A stretch of DNA of 64,000 nucleotides, from NCBI GenBank assembly GCA_013265495.1, contig MU062166.1:2944088-3008087 (forward strand). The letters run 5' to 3'. Below are positions 59,558 to 64,000 of the stretch, one piece after another. This DNA comes from Vicugna vicugna. Lineage: Eukaryota. The notes below the pieces were generated by a model. That model was given only the letters and a program-made list of their open reading frames with translations, was not told the DNA's origin and did not search any database. The stretch's first letter is position 1. Each line of letters opens with the position of its first letter. A program made the translations under genes and the position numbers.

Positions 59558-62500
59558 TACTTTAAGCTGTTCTTGAAGTCTCCCTGTAGTGGCCACAGAC
59601 CTAGCCCTGAATCCTCGCCCTAACACACTTGTCCCTGCTTCGCTAAGCCCTCTTGGTTTCTCACCTGGGGATTAATCCCCACTGTGACTTCTCCCAGCCC
59701 CTCTCTTCAGCCTCTGGCCCTGTTTCTCTGGCTTTGACCTTCTTCCCCAGCACTCAGCCTCTCCTCTGCCGGCAATTGGCATTGCCTTGGGGGACCCTGT
59801 CACTCCTGCTCCCACGCTCCAGTGAGCCCTCCCACGGGCAACAGCCCTGAAACTAACCCAACCTCACGAGAGCAGTGTGTGTGCCCTCAGCCCAGACACC
59901 TCCCTAGACATTCCCAGGCGTCTTGCATATTCAGCTTTGTTCGATGCTGCCCTGCCCAGCCCTGTCTGTGAATGTGCCTCCCTCCTGCCTGGGCTAGTAA
60001 GTAAACTGCTTTGACGAAGAAAAAGACGAAGCCTGTGGAACCTGTCTTCTGTAAGGGTTGCACCCAACAGGGTTCGGAATGCAGTGCCCAGAAAGGGCTC
60101 AGCCAGTGTCTGTGAACTTGCTGTGGGGAAAGGCGGCTCTGTCTGAGGCATGGCTGGAGTTCAGTGTGCTGCAGGAAGGAGTGTCCTGGGCCAGCTGTGG
60201 GCATGTTTGGGAGGTGTCAAGCCCTTGAAGAAACAAATGACACATGTGGTTTTCTTAAGGCCAGTTCAGTTTGGCTTCCCACCAAAGCAGGATCGCAACC
60301 GCAGGGGCTGTGCCCTCTCTGCCCAAAGGCTGGGGCTTGAACCACAGGGCAGGAATGGCTCCCACACCAGTGACCTCCTCCATAAATGTCTCGGGCACCC
60401 TGTTCCTACCCCATTTTTGTCCACCTGTCCACGGGCTGCACTCAAATCACTTGTGCTCTGACATCATTGATGCCCGGGTGAGACAGTGAGTCCATTCTAG
60501 TCTCCTTGGCCTTAGAGTCCAGCCCTTTCCCGTCTGAGCCCAGCCTGCCTTTCCAGCACATCTCCCCCCACTCTCCTGGGGCAGTCTGCCCTTTGATCAA
60601 GGGCACTATAAATTCAGAGCTTGTAATGAGCTTTCTGGACCCCCTTTTCATCACCTTCCTCTGGATATGCTTCCGTTTGCCCTGTCCACCAGACTGATAT
60701 TACTGTGGCCGAGGTCAGATGTCACATCACAAAGACCACACCCTATTCTTGGTCTCAGCTGATGGCCAGCTATTAACTCCAAGCCTGTTCCTGGATCCTT
60801 ACCTTGCCAGTGGGTATAGGTATGTCTCTGCCCACCCACTCATCTGCACCCTCTTCAGGTGTTGAATTCAATACGAGAATCTGAAAATTGAAGGAAATTT
60901 CTAGTATCAAAAAGCAGAAGACCTTGGAAGAGAGTTTGTTGAATGAATGAATGAAGGACCCAAAAGAATGAGGCTGGAATGATTAGATGATTGGTGAATA
61001 CTTTGGGAGCAGGGAGCCTGATGCTCTAATACCTTATATAGTGACAGGCTCTTCCTGGCTTGGAGGGAAAGACCAATGAGGCATGTGGCCAAAAGCAGGA
61101 TTTTCATGTTCAGAAGAGCTGGTGTGTATGTGTGTGTGGACTGTGCAGGTGTGCACAGCATCCCAGGTTCCTCCTACCCTGAGAGAGAGAGATTCAGAGC
61201 AGAGAGAGGACTCTGCCCCTCCTTCCTACCAGCCCCAAGAGGACACCCTTGGGAGGAGGGCTGCGGGCAGGGCCCCTCTGAGCTGGATTTCAACCTCGTG
61301 GCTGGCTTCTGTAGACACTGGTCAGAAAGCGTCCACTCTGAAGATGTTACAGAGTTCTTATGCTTCCAATTTCAGTGTCATCTAACTTTCCAGAAGTGAC
61401 ATGCCCCTAGGACTTGACGCGTCAGGATCTTTGACCTGCACCTCCTCCTGTCACTTTGATCAATCCCCGAGTTCGTATTTGTCTTTCTGTGGCCTCGTTC
61501 TCCATTTCTAAATGAACTGCAGGCTTTGCGCTTGGATTCTGGTGGTGGTGCTTCCTCAGAAGAGAGGCCCATTTATCTTTATTTAAAGCTGAGAAAAGAA
61601 TCCGAATACATGATTACTGGTCCTTTTATTTCTTTCTGGGCTTCCAATGTGTGGCTTTCTTGCCTGGGATTTTCTGTGCAGCTGGGAGAGGCATGGAACT
61701 GAGGTGCTGACAGCTTGTGTTGGAATCACATGGTGTTTACTGTGCTGTGAGTTTATAACGGCCTTGTTTCCGTACTGACAGCACACGCCATATGGAGAGA
61801 AAAAATCCCGTCAGATGAACCCTTGAGGAATCACAGTATGGGACGTGAAATCTCATAATTGCTTTTGGAAGTTGGGGAGGGCCCCTTGTTCAAATCACAT
61901 CAGCAGTGTGGTGCTCTCTGCCGTAATTGAATAAAACTGGGGTTTGACACGAGGTAATTGACTTTGTTCTGTGTTTGTGCTGGGGAGGCTCAGCTGATTG
62001 GCAGAGGACAGGGAAGTTTGTTTTCCTCACCTTGGGGGGTCAGGTTGAGTGGGTGCAGCGAGAACGCAGGCGGTGTCTGTAGGGCATCATGCTAACAGGT
62101 GCGGGCTACAGATCTGTCACCCTCCGGGCTCCCTCCTCCCCAGCCTCCCTACGGTGGGTGATGATAACACTCATCTCACTTGACATTTTATCACTGTCAC
62201 TTAGGATCTTGTCTGCTCACTCACACACCCACCCCCTTTCCAACAGAATCCAAGATCCCTGAGGGCTGGGACCACATTCCATTCCCCCCCACCCCCGACC
62301 ACCACTGATCCTGGCACACAGTCAGGTGGGTTAAATGTTTGTTGGAGTGGCTATTCCTGAACCATCTGTGCATGGAAAGATAGGCTGAGTTAAGACAATG
62401 GTTCAAGGCTAGTTTCAGCCCCCAGACCCCTTGAGTAGGGGGCCAAGAGGAGACTTGCAAGATGGCTCATCCACCCTCATCAAAGTATCTGCTCAAGACA

Positions 62501-62621
62501 GAATGAGAAGTTTGTGAGTGCCTTCTGATACACAGTGCACTTAGAACTCGCAGATTGCTGCAAAAACAGGCCTTGCCCTCAGGCAGTTTACCCAAAGGAA
62601 GTGGGATGTAAAACTCTCCAG

Positions 62622-63200
62622 CCCTAATCACCTGCTCTTTCAGTTGCAAGAGACAAAAAACCTGGGGGTGGATATTGCTCAGCACTAGAGCACGTGCCTA
62701 GCTAGCATGCATGAGGTCCTGGGTTCAATCTCCAGTACCTCCATTAAAAAAAAAAGAGACAAAATCCCAACACCGCTGGCTTAAGCAGAGACAGGTGGAT
62801 AAACGTGCAGGAGCCAGGAGGGCCGCAGCTGGCTGCCTTCTGGGGCTCCGGTGATACTGGATATTCTCAGCATCAGGCTTCTGTCTTCCTCACTGAGCTG
62901 TCTCTCCCCTATGCTGCCGTCATTCTCTGTGGGCTCTCACTGTCTGGTGGGAAAGACAGTTATGTCAGCTCTTGGCTCACCAATCCTAAGGCCTTGTCAT
63001 CCCAGAGGGGAACAAGTGTCTTTTTTCTGGGAGTTCTAGCAAAAACCCTGGAAGGACTCCAAGGCCCCCCATCGCGTGCCCTCAGCCTACCATTGTGGCC
63101 GTGAGACAGGTCTGATTGGCCAGGACTGAGTCACGTGCCCATCCCTGAGGCTTAGGAGGGCTTGCTCCCTTAGAACTGTAGGTTGGAATTTTACAGACTC
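62622..63200 (-). mobile_element. MLT1 (J/K-like) MaLR LTR, interrupted by a SINE
   Basis: CTTTCAGTTGCAAG..CTGGCTTAAGC..TCTGATTGGCCAGGACTGAGTCACGTGCCCATCCCTG. Confidence 0.75.
62663..62753 (+). mobile_element. Vic-1-type SINE (copy 9, short tail)
   Basis: GCATGCATGAGGTCCTGGGTTCAATCTCCAGTACCTCC-polyA; TSD AAGAGACAAAA (62648-62658 / 62754-62764). Confidence 0.9.
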
Positions 63201-63269
63201 AGGGAGGGGAGTTTCCCCAAAGGAGGGGAGATGGAACAGACCAAAAACCCCACTTCCACAATGACAATA

Positions 63270-63480
63270 CCCGGTGTTTATTAAGCAATTGCTATGTACC
63301 AAGCTCTGGTCTGAGGCCTTTCTCTGCATTGTCTTATTGAATCTTCATGCTGATCCTGGGACATAGGTAGGATTACTGTTCTCAGTTTACAGATGAGGAA
63401 ACTGAAGGATAAAATGTCAGGTCAGTTGCGCTGAGGCACACAGGCACTGAACGGTGAGGCTGGGATTTCCATATGAGTGA
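63270..63480 (-). mobile_element. MIR SINE
   Basis: TTTATTAAGC..CTCAGTTTACAGATGAGGAAACTGAAG. Confidence 0.9.
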
Positions 63481-64000
63481 TGGCTGCACCTCCCGTGGAT
63501 AAACTGTTTGGGTGTGAAAGTGATGGTTCTGTCCCTATCTCCTTGTTGTGTTCTGGGTCTCCAAGGAACCGCCCTCTAAGGGGATGATTGATTGTCCTGG
63601 CTCCTCCTCTACACCAGGCAAGGATGTAGTCCTTCCTTACCTCCAGGTAGCTCTCTGAACTGAGGTCGACCTCACCCCCTTCCTGGTTTCCCCACGAAGT
63701 CACCTAACTGTTCCCAGTGCAGCTGCAGAATCAAGGGGCTAATTTTCAGTGCTTGAGAGGGTCCAAGGCAACGTGTCTCAGCCAGATCTTTGAGCATCTT
63801 TCTAGCCAGAGAAAGCCTCCTGCAGAGTCATCGCAGGAAGGGCCACAAGGGACCCTCCCATCTTACCTCCAACATGCCCCTTCATTTTTCAGAGGAAGAC
63901 TAAGGCCCAGAGGAAGCAAATGAGTTGCTTGAAGTCACACAGGAAGTCATTGGCCAGAACTCTGGTCTCCAGGCCTCTGGGCTTCGAGTCTTGCATTGTA

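Noticed and set aside
58718-59626. ORFs with L1 ORF2-like peptides (also 11983-12258)
   Set aside because: Decayed retrotransposon fragments, not functional CDS
1-64000. Naming the host gene or locus
   Set aside because: No exon or peptide that I can recognise; any symbol would be a guess

Overview
Mammalian, essentially non-coding genomic DNA, most likely from a camelid (alpaca, llama or camel). Nine copies of a tRNA-Ala(AGC)-derived SINE match, from memory, the camelid Vic-1 type, and a cetartiodactyl-type L1 3' end is present. The window is a mosaic of ancient eutherian repeats (MIR, L2, L1M, MaLR/MLT1 LTRs, MER21, hAT-Charlie elements MER5/MER20/MER58) with younger SINE and L1 insertions nested in them, a few tandem repeats and one 148-N assembly gap. 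No ORF in the track is a recognisable gene, and there is no rRNA, true tRNA, CRISPR or prokaryotic system. Ten of the 11 LTRs I could orient lie on the minus strand, which suggests an intron of a large plus-strand gene that I could not name. Several short plus-strand exon candidates (best: a 17-nt microexon at 56433-56449) and repeat-free, motif-rich, partly CpG-retaining enhancer-like blocks are the most interesting parts. I found no convincing novel biological system. Repeat families were called by eye from remembered consensus sequences, so subfamily names and many boundaries are approximate and need RepeatMasker/Dfam confirmation.
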